From assembly GCA_050015075.1 (NCBI GenBank), contig JBEKCB010000019.1:1-64000 (forward strand): a stretch of DNA of 64,000 bases, given 5' to 3'. The translations under genes and the position numbers were made by a program. This document shows positions 29,501 to 38,197 of the stretch, in pieces (position 1 is the stretch's first letter; the number at the start of each line of letters is the position of its first letter). Origin of the DNA: Candidatus Brocadiia bacterium. GTDB taxonomy: Bacteria > Planctomycetota > Brocadiia > CAIUPP01. The notes under the pieces were generated by a model. It did no database searches. It was not told where the DNA came from and saw only the letters and a program-made list of their open reading frames with translations.

Positions 29501-30122
29501 GCGCATGGGCGGCGTGAACGAGGAGTCCATTGACGAGGAGGCCGGGCTCGAGATCGAGATCGCCCAGACCGATTCGCAGCGCGCCGACCTCGTCAAGGCG
29601 GCGGAGGACTTGCAGGAAGTCATCCGCAAGCTCAACCGGGTCAGCCGGGAGAAGTTTCAGAAGACCTTCGAGGAGGTCCGGCAGAATTTCCAGGAGACCT
29701 TCCGCCGGCTGTTCGGCGGCGGCCGCTGCGACCTGGTACTGCAACAGGACGAAGTGGACGTCCTCGAGGCGGGCATCGAAGTGCTGGCGTGCCCGCCGGG
29801 CAAGGAATTGCGCTCCATCACGCTCCTGTCCGGCGGCGAGAAGACCATGACGACCATTGCGCTGCTCTTCGCTATTTTCCGCTCGAAGCCCTCACCCTTC
29901 TGCATCCTCGACGAGGTGGATGCCGCGCTCGATGAAAGCAACGTGGACCGTTTCACGGCCATGATCGGCGAGTACGTGCAGAACTCGCAGTTCCTCATCA
30001 TCACGCACAACAAGCGCACGGTCGGCATCGCCGACGTGCTCTACGGCATCACGATGCAGGAGAAAGGGGTCTCGAAGAAAGTCTCCGTGCGCGTCGAGGG
30101 CGCGGCGCAGGGGAATAACTGA
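26550..30122 (+). CDS. smc: Chromosome segregation protein SMC
   Basis: [22 protein letters not shown], long coiled coils with hinge, [22 protein letters not shown]. Confidence 0.97.
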   Translation: MLLTKLEMCGFKSFADKTEFDFRSGVTAFVGPNGCGKSNVVDAVRWILGEQSARAVRAPQMTEVIFGGSATRRSLGYAEASLSFLNDRGVLPSEYTEVCVTRRLYRSGESEYFLNRQPCRLRDIRQLFMDTGVGVDTYSIIEQGKVERFIQSNAKERRVIFEEAAGISRYKSQRREAQSRLERTRINLQKVDVKLDEQRKQLRSIKYQAAKAKRHRECSARLREIVISISVKNYLEWEAKRKGAEGEIGAVEARESALTADLAQMESLIQAVEAEISTLEAAHLQKRDALHEVRSKTEAAEQTIAHNTERIREFQDETDRSTRELWSLTEKLRQTRDQADSAARDLESIRQSIQRQAEIIAAELQKADSAGQERERIAAAIEEWKGRMLQIIEKATTLRNELNHMDSSRRQELARRSRLQGQQAEKTGEAARSEEEVRQLAGRRDEISGRLADRSALLHEREADAERFEKEAESVEWRLREERHRETQMLARREFLQDLELRAEDVEAGVKQLLRDDDDRVGFCVRGMVADLVRAELRYASAIESALGEAAQYVVTVDEREAAAAVALLRTDRSGRAGLIPIARARAAERSDAHLTAEPGVLGRASDLVRYSPEMEPVVRHLLGATWVVDTLATALRLSNDGGAEVRFVTLEGERVEPSGAIFGGEPLPRAGIVSRKSELEAIQADLARAAEGIAALEADSGRIAQRIESVRSEAAALRKEIEEGNLEKLSNENEILNLRRRQKALMDESAVIAREIGEIDELIRGYTEREKAIEQELAAAVSQRDQLQQEMESARRTLADQQAAVDRMRNEVERLKVELAQKEARRGGLEENIAAAGNLIADLDRQILATQQRIEDLRAKQAQAEREIADAQANLAELTQRKQGLDAEIAALQEAQAVAQARRTEQTERLKALRADRERLQQQLQQARLEEQELRVRIEGLSERVFNEHGVRLVEAAAQSTPPPDCNWEALQAEIGELREKIRRMGGVNEESIDEEAGLEIEIAQTDSQRADLVKAAEDLQEVIRKLNRVSREKFQKTFEEVRQNFQETFRRLFGGGRCDLVLQQDEVDVLEAGIEVLACPPGKELRSITLLSGGEKTMTTIALLFAIFRSKPSPFCILDEVDAALDESNVDRFTAMIGEYVQNSQFLIITHNKRTVGIADVLYGITMQEKGVSKKVSVRVEGAAQGNN

Positions 30123-30188
30123 CGAGCGACAGTGGACGATGGACGACGGACAATTGCGTGTCGTTTATCGTCCGTCGTCTATCGTCAT
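30121..30188. repeat. Heptamer-repeat hairpin after smc (possible terminator or processing stem)
   Basis: Five GACnnnn heptamers (30121-30155) followed by four TCGTnnn heptamers (30161-30188); GACGATGGACGACGGAC pairs with GTCCGTCGTCTATCGTC. Confidence 0.7.
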
Positions 30189-30284
30189 TAAAGTAGCCTG
30201 CAATCCCTTGACTGGCCGCCGGAAATATGTAGACTGGATATTGAGGTCAGCTTTCGGGGACACGAAAGCGCCTTTTCGATAACC

Positions 30285-30357
30285 ATGACCGCTTCGGTCT
30301 CGTGAAAGGGTAGCGAGGAAGCGGTTCGGCGCTCGGCACGGGCGTCTCGTTCCGGCC
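30285..30357 (+). ncRNA. Candidate structured leader RNA, copy 1
   Basis: ACCGCTTC/GAAGCGGT stem enclosing CTCGT-GAAAGGGTA-GCGAG, then hairpin GGCGCTCG/CGGGCGTC; repeated at 30736-30807. Confidence 0.5.
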
Positions 30358-30380
30358 AGGCACAGGAGAGGAGCCCAGGC

Positions 30381-30695
30381 ATGAGGCTGTTACTGTGCGC
30401 GCTGGCGTTCGCTGGGGTCGTGAGTCTCAGCGGCTGTACGGTCATGACGACGGGGGCGGTTCACGCGGCGATCGTGATTGACGAGAAGGGTCCCGTCGCG
30501 ATGGGCGACGCGGACGCCGGTACCAAGGTCGGCACGTCCCAGGCGGAAGGCATCCTCGTGGTGGCATACGGCGATGCCTCGATTTCCGCCGCCATGAAGG
30601 AAGGCAACCTCACGAAAGTCCATCACGTGGACAAAGAGACCTTCAACGTGCTGGGGGTTTACGGGCGGTATCGGACGATCGTCTACGGCGAATGA
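30381..30695 (+). CDS. TRL-like family lipoprotein (copy 1)
   Basis: Lipobox LSGC; KVGTSQAEGILVVAYGDASISAAMKEGNLTKVHHVD...VLGVY....TIVYGE. Confidence 0.85.
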   Translation: MRLLLCALAFAGVVSLSGCTVMTTGAVHAAIVIDEKGPVAMGDADAGTKVGTSQAEGILVVAYGDASISAAMKEGNLTKVHHVDKETFNVLGVYGRYRTIVYGE

Positions 30696-30735
30696 CGCTC
30701 GGGCAATTGGAGTTCGGCAGGTGCGTTCGTGAGTG

Positions 30736-30807
30736 ATGACCGCTTCGGTCTCGCGAAAGGGTAGCGGGAAGCGGTTCGACGCCCGGCGGCGGGCGTCGGT
30801 TTCCGGC
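30736..30807 (+). ncRNA. Candidate structured leader RNA, copy 2
   Basis: Same stem and GAAAGGGTA loop; second hairpin is the perfect GACGCCCG/CGGGCGTC. Confidence 0.5.
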
Positions 30808-30833
30808 GGGGCGCAAGGAAGAAGGAGGCAGGT

Positions 30834-31148
30834 ATGAGGCTGTCATTGTGCGCGGCGGTGTTGGTCGGGCTTGTGGTTCTTACCGGCTGCAGCGCCATGG
30901 CGCTCGGCCCGGTCGTCGCCATGGTCACGGTGGACGAGAAAGGCCCCGTCTCTGTGGGCGACATGAAGGCCGGAATGAAGGTCGGCGTGGCCCAGGCCGA
31001 GGGTATCCTCGTCGTGGCCTACGGCGATGCCTCCATCGTGGCCGCGATGAAGAACGCCAATATTACCAGGGTCCATCACGTGGATAACGAGACGTTCAAC
31101 GTGCTGGGCATTTACGCGAGATATAAGACCATCGTCTACGGCGAATAA
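30834..31148 (+). CDS. TRL-like family lipoprotein (copy 2)
   Basis: Lipobox LTGC; same length as copy 1 and collinear (GDASI..AMK...T.VHHVD.ETFNVLG.Y..Y.TIVYGE). Confidence 0.85.
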   Translation: MRLSLCAAVLVGLVVLTGCSAMALGPVVAMVTVDEKGPVSVGDMKAGMKVGVAQAEGILVVAYGDASIVAAMKNANITRVHHVDNETFNVLGIYARYKTIVYGE

Positions 31149-31191
31149 GGCGTTTCGGCGCGCATTGAGGCGGAGCGGCGTTCTGAACAGC

Positions 31192-31803
31192 ATGAATGGG
31201 CGCAGGACTATTGGCCTGGCGAGCTTGTGCGCGGTGACGATCACCGCCCTGCTCACGGGCTGCGCGAGCGACAAGCTGCCGGAGGTCCCGGCGGCGCTCT
31301 TCGCGCATCGGATGAGTCCCATTCCAGAGGGCGCCGCTCCGCTCCTTTCCTGGAGCCGTCTGCAAACCGGGCTGAAAACCTACTGGCGCGATCAGCAGAT
31401 CAACGTCCAGGTCTGGGCCTGGTTCCCGCCGAATTGGAAGAACCCCGGCGACGAGTTCTGGCAGTTGACCGCCCGCAACGCCGAGGGGCGCGCGCTCCGG
31501 TTCATCGGCGTCGAACGCAGATACCTCAACGAAAACGGGACCGAGCTTTCCATGCTCGTCCCGAAGCTGGACCTGAATGCGGTCCCGGACGGCCTATACC
31601 TGGCGATCGCCCCCAACATCAAGACGAGCGAAGGCCGGCTCGTCTCCGTTCAGCCGGTCGCCGTCCTGCTTGAGATCCGCGGCCACATGTTCAAGCCGTT
31701 CCGGTTCCCGATCATGCTCATCCCCGATCAGGAATCGCCGCTCACCCCAAGGCCCCAAATTCCGCCCGAAGCTCCCGTCGGCACGCCGATGCCCGGCGAA
31801 TAG
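31192..31803 (+). CDS. Hypothetical lipoprotein
   Basis: Lipobox LTGC, Pro-rich tail; follows the TRL pair. Confidence 0.7.
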   Translation: MNGRRTIGLASLCAVTITALLTGCASDKLPEVPAALFAHRMSPIPEGAAPLLSWSRLQTGLKTYWRDQQINVQVWAWFPPNWKNPGDEFWQLTARNAEGRALRFIGVERRYLNENGTELSMLVPKLDLNAVPDGLYLAIAPNIKTSEGRLVSVQPVAVLLEIRGHMFKPFRFPIMLIPDQESPLTPRPQIPPEAPVGTPMPGE

Positions 31804-31816
31804 CCCACATTGCGCG

Positions 31817-31842
31817 GTCATTCTGAGCGAAGCGAAGAATCT
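31817..31842. repeat. Short REP-like palindromic element
   Basis: GTCATTCTGAGCGAAGCGAAGAATCT, a common intergenic palindromic element type, abutting the larger repeat. Confidence 0.6.
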
Positions 31843-31848
31843 CATACT

Positions 31849-31946
31849 CTGCTTGTAGTGGCGCCGTCAGGCGCTACTTCGTATGCCCTTCCTTCTTCGC
31901 CCTCCGAAGTAGCCCGGAGGGCTACGAAGGACGGGACGGGCACACT
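31849..31946. repeat. Intergenic palindromic repeat (REP/MITE-like), copy 2
   Basis: Aligns with 20729-20825; lies between convergent genes. Confidence 0.85.
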
Positions 31947-32023
31947 GCGAGCAGCATGCCGCGGCCTGGACTATGTGAGTTATTTCGGCGTCTCCACGCT
32001 AGCGGAGAGTGCGGCTGCTGCGG

Positions 32024-33097
32024 TCATCGCGTCCTGCGCGCCCAGCGGAACTTCGCCGGAGAGCTGCGCGGGTTGCTTCGAATTTCCTCCGCGCCGGGCC
32101 GAATCGGTTCATCCGAGACCGCTTCGAACACGCCGCCGCGGAGGCCGTCGCGGAACGCGTGCTTGACCAGGCGGTCCTCCACGCTGTGAAACGTGAGGAT
32201 GCCGAGCCGCCCGCCGGGCTTCAGGCAATAGGGCGCCGAGAGGAGCAGGCGATTCAGGTTCGCGATCTCGTCATTGACAAGGATGCGCAGCGCCTGGAAA
32301 GTCCGCGCGGCCGGGTGCAACTCGGCGTCGCGGCGCAGAGTCTTCGGCGTCATGTCCTTCGCCGCGAGCACCACTTCCACGAGTTCCAGCGTCCGCGCGA
32401 TCCGGCGTTTCCGCCGCTCCGACGCAATCCGCTCGGCGATCCGCTCCGCGTCCGGCTCATCAGAAAGCTCGCGCAGCGCCGCGGCAAGCTCTTCGGGGGC
32501 GACGGTCGCCAGAAGGTCCGCCGCCGTTCGCCGCAGCCGGTCGTCCATGCGCATATCGAGCGGGCCGTCGCGCTTGTAGCTGAACCCGCGCGCCGATTCG
32601 TCCAACTGCATGGACGACACGCCCAGGTCCGCGAAGATGACGTCGCACGCGTCGAGCCGCTCGGCCTTCAGCGCCTGCGCCACCTGCGCGAAATTCATCC
32701 GGCGCGCGCTCAGCCGAAACCCCATCGCCTCGAGCCGAACCCGCGTCCGATCCAGTTCCGGGCCGTCCACGTCCAGACCGATGAGCCGGCCGGCCAGCCC
32801 GATGCGTTTGAGGAACTCCGCTGCGTGTCCGCCGTAGCCGAGCGTGCAGTCAACCACGACCTCTCCCGGCTGCGGGCGCAGGCATTCCATCACCTCGCGG
32901 AGAAGTACCGGCACGTGCGTCCCGGCCGGCGTGCGCCCCTGCGCGCGGACGTGCTCCTGCATCTGCGGGTATCGGTCGGGCTGCCGTTCCTTGTACCGCT
33001 CCTCGAAGCGCCGCGGGTGCGTTCCGGAATACCGGACGCGCCGCCGGCGCTCGCCGGGACCGCGCTGATCCTGTCCTTTCTCGCTTTCGTTGACCAT
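32024..33097 (-). CDS. rsmH: 16S rRNA m4C1402 methyltransferase
   Basis: HVPVLLREV, DCTLGYGGHA, ADLGVSSMQLD..RGFS....GPLDMRM, FQALRILVNDE, TFHSVEDRLVK, NPRS..AK.R. Confidence 0.93.
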   Translation of the reverse strand: MVNESEKGQDQRGPGERRRRVRYSGTHPRRFEERYKERQPDRYPQMQEHVRAQGRTPAGTHVPVLLREVMECLRPQPGEVVVDCTLGYGGHAAEFLKRIGLAGRLIGLDVDGPELDRTRVRLEAMGFRLSARRMNFAQVAQALKAERLDACDVIFADLGVSSMQLDESARGFSYKRDGPLDMRMDDRLRRTAADLLATVAPEELAAALRELSDEPDAERIAERIASERRKRRIARTLELVEVVLAAKDMTPKTLRRDAELHPAARTFQALRILVNDEIANLNRLLLSAPYCLKPGGRLGILTFHSVEDRLVKHAFRDGLRGGVFEAVSDEPIRPGAEEIRSNPRSSPAKFRWARRTR

Positions 33098-33154
33098 GGC
33101 CGTTGACGGATTGTGACTTCCGGTCGAGGCGATTGCAAGGCCGGCGACTTGGAT

Positions 33155-33183
33155 TTGACGGTCGCGCGGCCGGCTGATAACAT
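33155..33183 (+). promoter_or_regulatory. Sigma70 promoter of the threonine operon
   Basis: TTGACG 33155-33160, 17 bp, TAACAT 33178-33183 with an extended -10 TG. Confidence 0.6.
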
Positions 33184-33219
33184 GCGGACATCCGGCAAGT
33201 ATCCAGGAAAGGAGCCGGC

Positions 33220-34527
33220 GTGAGAGGCAGTCGAATCGGGATCGGCGTCATCGGACTCGGCACCGTCGGCGGTGAGGTGGTCCGCGTGCTGAGGCGGAAC
33301 CGCGCGCTCGTGCGCGAGCGCTGCGGCGTGGGCGTCGAAGTGCGGCGCGCGGTGGACCTGGATCGGAAGCGTCTTCGCGCAATCGGATTACCGCCCAAGT
33401 GTCTGGGCAGCGATTTCCACGCCGTCCTTGCCGATCCGGACGTCCAGATCGTCGTCGAGCTCATCGGCGGCATCGGCGTGGCGCGCGAGGTGGTCCTCGG
33501 CGCCCTGCGCGCGGGCAAACACGTCGTCACGGCCAACAAGGCGCTCCTCGCGACGCACTGGCAGGAGATTTTCTCTCTCGCGCAGGAGCGGCGCTGCGCC
33601 GTTGGGTTCGAGGCGAGCGTGATGGCCGGCGTCCCGGTGATCCGCTCGATCGAGGAAGGCCTGGCGGGGAACGTCATCCCGTCGCTGCTCGGCATCCTGA
33701 ACGGCACGTCGAATTTCGTCCTGACCCGCATGGCCGGCCGCGGCATGGAGTTCAGCCGCGCACTCAACGAGGCGCGCCGCAAGGGCCTGTGCGAGGCGAA
33801 TGCGAGCCTGGACATTGACGGGCACGACGCGGCCCAGAAACTCTCCATCCTCGGCTCGCTGGCGCTGGGCAAGTGGCTGCCGCCGGCGGAAGTGCATCGC
33901 GAAGGCATCGGCGGCATCGAGCGCGAACACCTCGCCGAGGCGCAGGAGCAGTTCGGCTACGTCCTGCGTCCGCTGGCCATCTTCAAGCATTCCGGCGCCG
34001 GCGTCGAGGCGCGCGTCCATCCCACGTTCGTCCCCGGGGCGCATCCGCTCGCGTCGGTCGAGGACGAGTTCAACGCCATCCTCATCACCGCGGAGACCGC
34101 CGGGTCCGTCCTGCTCGTCGGCAAGGGCGCCGGCGCGAAACCGGCCGCCTCCGGCGTGATCAGCGACGTGATCGGCCTCGCCCGCGCCATTCATCAGGGC
34201 GGCCACGAAGGAATGCTGGTGCCGCTGCGGCCCACGAAGGAGCGCGTGCGCGTCGCGCCGATCGAGATGGTCGAGAGCAAATTCTACCTGCGTTTCTCGG
34301 TGATAGACCGGCCCGGCGTGCTCTCGTACATCACCGGCGTGCTGGGGAAGAACCAGGTTTCCATCGCCACCTGCGACCAGCGCGGGCGCTCCGAGCGCGG
34401 CACGGTGCCGGTCATCATCATCACGCACCGCGCGCGCGAAGGCGCCGTGCGGAAAGCGCTGGCCGAGACCGATTCCGCGACGCGCATCGTGAAACGCGCG
34501 ACCGTGGCGATCCGGATCGAGGAGTAG
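33220..34527 (+). CDS. hom: Homoserine dehydrogenase with ACT domain
   Basis: GLGTVG, VVTANK, FEASVMAGVP, GILNGTSN, DAAQK, DRPGVL. Confidence 0.95.
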   Translation: MRGSRIGIGVIGLGTVGGEVVRVLRRNRALVRERCGVGVEVRRAVDLDRKRLRAIGLPPKCLGSDFHAVLADPDVQIVVELIGGIGVAREVVLGALRAGKHVVTANKALLATHWQEIFSLAQERRCAVGFEASVMAGVPVIRSIEEGLAGNVIPSLLGILNGTSNFVLTRMAGRGMEFSRALNEARRKGLCEANASLDIDGHDAAQKLSILGSLALGKWLPPAEVHREGIGGIEREHLAEAQEQFGYVLRPLAIFKHSGAGVEARVHPTFVPGAHPLASVEDEFNAILITAETAGSVLLVGKGAGAKPAASGVISDVIGLARAIHQGGHEGMLVPLRPTKERVRVAPIEMVESKFYLRFSVIDRPGVLSYITGVLGKNQVSIATCDQRGRSERGTVPVIIITHRAREGAVRKALAETDSATRIVKRATVAIRIEE

Positions 34528-34530
34528 CCC

Positions 34531-35592
34531 ATGGCGTTTTCCGGCGTCATTCAACGTTACCGCAGCTTTCTGCCCGTGAGCGACCGGACGCCGGTCGTCA
34601 CGCTCGGCGAGGGCTCTACGCCGCTCATCCCGGCGCCGCGGCTGGCGCGCGAGATCGGCGGCGGGCTGCGGATCTTCCTCAAGTACGAAGGGATGAATCC
34701 CACCGGCTCGTTCAAAGACCGCGGCATGACCATGGCGCTGTCGAAGGCGGTCGAGGAAGGCAGCACGGCGGTGGTCTGCGCCTCGACCGGCAACACGGCC
34801 GCCTCGGCGGCGGCCTACGCGGCGCGGGCGGGCGTCAGCGCGCTCGTCCTGCTCCCGGCCGGAAGCGTGGCGCTCGGGAAAGTCTCGCAGGCGCTCGCCT
34901 ATGGGGCGAAAGTCCTCGCGGTGGACGGGAATTTCGACCACGCGCTCCGCCTGGTTCGCGAATTGTGCCAACGGTTCCGCATCACGCTGGTCAACTCGAT
35001 CAATCCGTACCGCATCGAAGGGCAGAAGACCGGCGCGTTCGAGATCGTGGACGATCTCGGCCGCGCGCCGGATTTCCACTGCATCCCGGTCGGCAACGCC
35101 GGGAACATCACGGCGTACTGGAAGGGATACAAGGAGTACGACGCGGCGCGGCGGTCCGGATTGCCGAAGATGCTCGGCTTCCAGGCCGAGGGCGCCGCGC
35201 CGATCGTCCGCGGGCACCCGATCGAGGACCCGCGCACGCTCGCGACGGCGATCAAGATCGGGAACCCCGCCAGTTGGAAGAGCGCCGAGGCCGCGCGCGA
35301 CGAGTCCGGCGGGATCATTGACATGGTCACCGACGACGAAATCATCTCCGCCTACCAGATGCTCGGCCGCCTCGAGGGAGTCTTCGCCGAGCCGGCCTCC
35401 GCCGCGTCGGTCGCGGGACTGATCCGCTGCGCGCGCGGAGGTTACTTCGCGGACCGGCCGGAAGCGACGGTCGTCTGCGTCCTGACCGGCCACGGTCTGA
35501 AGGACCCGGAACGCGCGATCAAGACGAGCGGCGAAATCCCGACCGTGGCCGCCACGCTCGATGCGGTGGTGAAAGGGGCCGGACTGAAGTGA
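34531..35592 (+). CDS. thrC: Threonine synthase
   Basis: NPTGSFKDRG, CASTGNT, EGQKT, PVGNAGN, TGHGLKD. Confidence 0.96.
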   Translation: MAFSGVIQRYRSFLPVSDRTPVVTLGEGSTPLIPAPRLAREIGGGLRIFLKYEGMNPTGSFKDRGMTMALSKAVEEGSTAVVCASTGNTAASAAAYAARAGVSALVLLPAGSVALGKVSQALAYGAKVLAVDGNFDHALRLVRELCQRFRITLVNSINPYRIEGQKTGAFEIVDDLGRAPDFHCIPVGNAGNITAYWKGYKEYDAARRSGLPKMLGFQAEGAAPIVRGHPIEDPRTLATAIKIGNPASWKSAEAARDESGGIIDMVTDDEIISAYQMLGRLEGVFAEPASAASVAGLIRCARGGYFADRPEATVVCVLTGHGLKDPERAIKTSGEIPTVAATLDAVVKGAGLK

Positions 35593-36527
35593 CCAATTCC
35601 GTGCAGGTGACAATTCCGGCGACGGCGGCCAACCTCGGCCCGGGCTTCGATTGCCTGGGGCTCGCGGTGAACCTCTGCAACGAGGTGATCCTGCAGACGG
35701 CGGGCGGATTCCGGTCGTCCGGCGAGCCGAACGTCTGCGTCACCGTGAACGGCCTGGGCGAGAAGTCGCTGACCACCGGGCGCGGGAACCTGGTCGTTCG
35801 CGCGGCCGAACGGGTCTTCGCGCTGGCGAAGCACGTCCCGGACCGGCTGACCGTGCGGCTGATCAACCGGATTCCGCTGTGCAGCGGCATGGGCAGTTCC
35901 GCCGCCGCGATCGTCGGCGGCCTCGTGGGCGCCAACGAGCTGTGCCGCCGGCCGCTCAAGCCGGACCAACTCCTGGCGCTGGCGGCCGAGATGGAAGGCC
36001 ATCCGGACAACGTAGCCCCTGCTCTGCTGGGCGGCTTCACCATCAGCGTTGTCGGCGAGGACGGCGTGGTGTGCGTCCTTCAGCCGCGCATCCGCCGCGA
36101 CCTGATCTGCGTCTTCTGCGTCCCGGACAAAATGCTCCCGTCGACGAAGGCGCGCCGCGCGCTGCCGAAGAGCTACCGCCGGGCGGACGTCGTCTTTTCG
36201 CTCTCGCGGACCGCGATGCTGACCGCCCTGCTCCAGGGCGGCAGCACCGGGCTGCTGAAGATGGCGATGGAGGACCGTCTTCACCAGCCGTACCGGGCGA
36301 AACTGGTCCCCGGAATGATGAACGCGGTCGCCGCGGCCGTCAAAGCCGGGGCGCTCGGCGCGTGCCTGAGCGGGTCCGGCCCGACCGTCCTGGCATTTGT
36401 GGATCACCACGGCAGCCCCGACCAGGTCGGCGCGGCGTTCGAGAAGGCGTTCGCGGCCGAGAGAATCCGCGCGGAGACGTTCGTCCTCAGCATCAGCACC
36501 AGCGGCGCGCGAGCCCGATATCGCTGA
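35589..36527 (+). CDS. thrB: Homoserine kinase
   Basis: PATAANLGPGFD, PLCSGMGSSAA, EGHPDNV, LHQPYR, LSGSGPT. Confidence 0.96.
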   Translation: MTNSVQVTIPATAANLGPGFDCLGLAVNLCNEVILQTAGGFRSSGEPNVCVTVNGLGEKSLTTGRGNLVVRAAERVFALAKHVPDRLTVRLINRIPLCSGMGSSAAAIVGGLVGANELCRRPLKPDQLLALAAEMEGHPDNVAPALLGGFTISVVGEDGVVCVLQPRIRRDLICVFCVPDKMLPSTKARRALPKSYRRADVVFSLSRTAMLTALLQGGSTGLLKMAMEDRLHQPYRAKLVPGMMNAVAAAVKAGALGACLSGSGPTVLAFVDHHGSPDQVGAAFEKAFAAERIRAETFVLSISTSGARARYR

Positions 36528-36553
36528 AGCCACTCTAAGATAAGGAAACGATC

Positions 36554-37294
36554 ATGAAAAAGAAGCCTGCCGCTCCCGCCAAGGGACAAATAATCATCTT
36601 CAAGTTCGACGACGTTATTGCAGGATGGGAGAATAAGGCCGATGTGGTCCCGCCGCGATGGCAGCGCATGACCGAATATATCGAGAAGAACCACTTGAAG
36701 GCTTCTTCCGGCGTTATCTGCGATTCGCTGGAGGGCGAAAACCCGGCCTATTTCGATTGGCTCAAGGAGCATCACCAGATAGGCGCCATGGAGTTCTGGC
36801 ACCACGGCTGCCACATGCGGAACGCCGAGGAGAAGACCGGCGAGTTCGACCAGGGAACCTGGCAGGAACATAAAGCCATCCTGGAGCGCGGCGAGGCACT
36901 CGCCCGGAAGAAGCTCGGGTTCGAGTTCGCCGCGTTCGGCCCGCACTGGAGCTCAACGACCGAGGCCACCGACCGCGCCCTCGAGGCCGTGCCCCAGATC
37001 AAAGTCTGGCTCTACGGGCCGAAGAAGCCGAAGTATTTCACCCGGCTGAGCCTACCGCGGATCATGGGTTTGGAGAATCCGATCTTCGTCCCGGACTTCG
37101 AGAAGTTTCAGAGCACGTACAACCAACTGGCCGCCGAACTTCCCATGCTCGTCCTCCAGGGGCACCCGGACCAGTGGAAGGTCGAGACGAAGTGGGAAGG
37201 CTTCTTCAAAATCGTCGAGTTCCTCAAATCGAAGGGGTGCGTCTTCATGACGCCGTCGGAATACCTGGCGCACATTTCCCAAAAAAGGAAATGA
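36554..37294 (+). CDS. Polysaccharide deacetylase-like (NodB/CE4, DUF2334-type) protein
   Basis: IFKFDD, EFWHHGCH, FGPHW, VLQGHP, FMTPSEY. Confidence 0.7.
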   Translation: MKKKPAAPAKGQIIIFKFDDVIAGWENKADVVPPRWQRMTEYIEKNHLKASSGVICDSLEGENPAYFDWLKEHHQIGAMEFWHHGCHMRNAEEKTGEFDQGTWQEHKAILERGEALARKKLGFEFAAFGPHWSSTTEATDRALEAVPQIKVWLYGPKKPKYFTRLSLPRIMGLENPIFVPDFEKFQSTYNQLAAELPMLVLQGHPDQWKVETKWEGFFKIVEFLKSKGCVFMTPSEYLAHISQKRK

Positions 37295-37344
37295 CGGGCC
37301 GGGTTTCCTGGTATTGAGGAAGACGATTGCCGCGGAGGCCCCAC

Positions 37345-38097
37345 TCACCACGAATCTTTTCGTCCCGCGCCGGCGACGCCGGTGAGGTCCTCGTCCTCCG
37401 CGATGTAGAGGATGCGGCCGCAGGACTGGCAGTAGATCAGCTTGTCGCCGCCCATGAGCAGGCTGACGGTGTTGGCGGTGAGCGACATGCGGCAGCCGCT
37501 GCAAACGTAGTTGTGGCACGCGGCCATCGCGCGGCCGTCGGCCCGCGTCAGCAGCCGCTCGTACGGATTGCGGAAGGCCGGCGGTATCTTCGCGGAAAGC
37601 TCGGCGCGCTCCTTCTGGACGCGCTCGACCCGCGCGTCTGCGTCCTGGAGCGCCGTCTGGATCGCCTTCCTGCGCTCGCTCACGGCCGCGGTCGCATCCG
37701 CGGCCTTCGCGGCGAGCTGCTTGATCTCTTTCTGCTGTTGCTCGGATTGCTCGAACATCTTGAGGATTTCGTCCTCGATGCGTGACTTGTCGGCCTTCAG
37801 CCCGAGGATCTCGTGCTGGAAGGCGGCGTATTCCTTGTTCGATTTGACGGTGTTGAGCTGAACCTCGAGCTTCTTGATCCGCCCCTCGACTTCCTTGAGG
37901 TCCAGCTCGCGCTTGTCGAGCGCCATGCGGAAGGACTTCGCTTCCGAGGACTTATCCGTCAGCGTCTGCTTTTCGGCCTCCGTGGCCCGGTCCGCTTCGG
38001 CCGCCTCCTTCGCCAGCTTCTCCTTCGTCTGCGTCAGGCGCCGGACCGTCGCGTCGAGTTCCTGAAGCTGGATCAGCATTTTGATTTCTTCACGCAT
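37345..38097 (-). CDS. Coiled-coil protein with C4 zinc ribbon (DUF164, CT398/HP0958-like)
   Basis: LIQLQELD, NKEY.A...EI, YERL, CSGC...CQSCGRILY. Confidence 0.9.
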   Translation of the reverse strand: MREEIKMLIQLQELDATVRRLTQTKEKLAKEAAEADRATEAEKQTLTDKSSEAKSFRMALDKRELDLKEVEGRIKKLEVQLNTVKSNKEYAAFQHEILGLKADKSRIEDEILKMFEQSEQQQKEIKQLAAKAADATAAVSERRKAIQTALQDADARVERVQKERAELSAKIPPAFRNPYERLLTRADGRAMAACHNYVCSGCRMSLTANTVSLLMGGDKLIYCQSCGRILYIAEDEDLTGVAGAGRKDSW

Positions 38098-38197
38098 CGC
38101 GGCGCCGATCTTCCTCCACCGTTGCTCACCTCGCCAATCGAGAAGCGGGCGTTGGCAAAGGAGATAGATTACCGCAATCGAGCGCGCAAAACAAGTC

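Noticed and set aside
30285-30807. Integron attC reading of the duplicated leader
   Set aside because: No RYYYAAC/GTTRRRY ends, it lies upstream of paralogous genes rather than after cassettes, and there is no integrase.
33388-35613. 741-aa antisense ORF over hom-thrC
   Set aside because: Shadow of well-supported genes.
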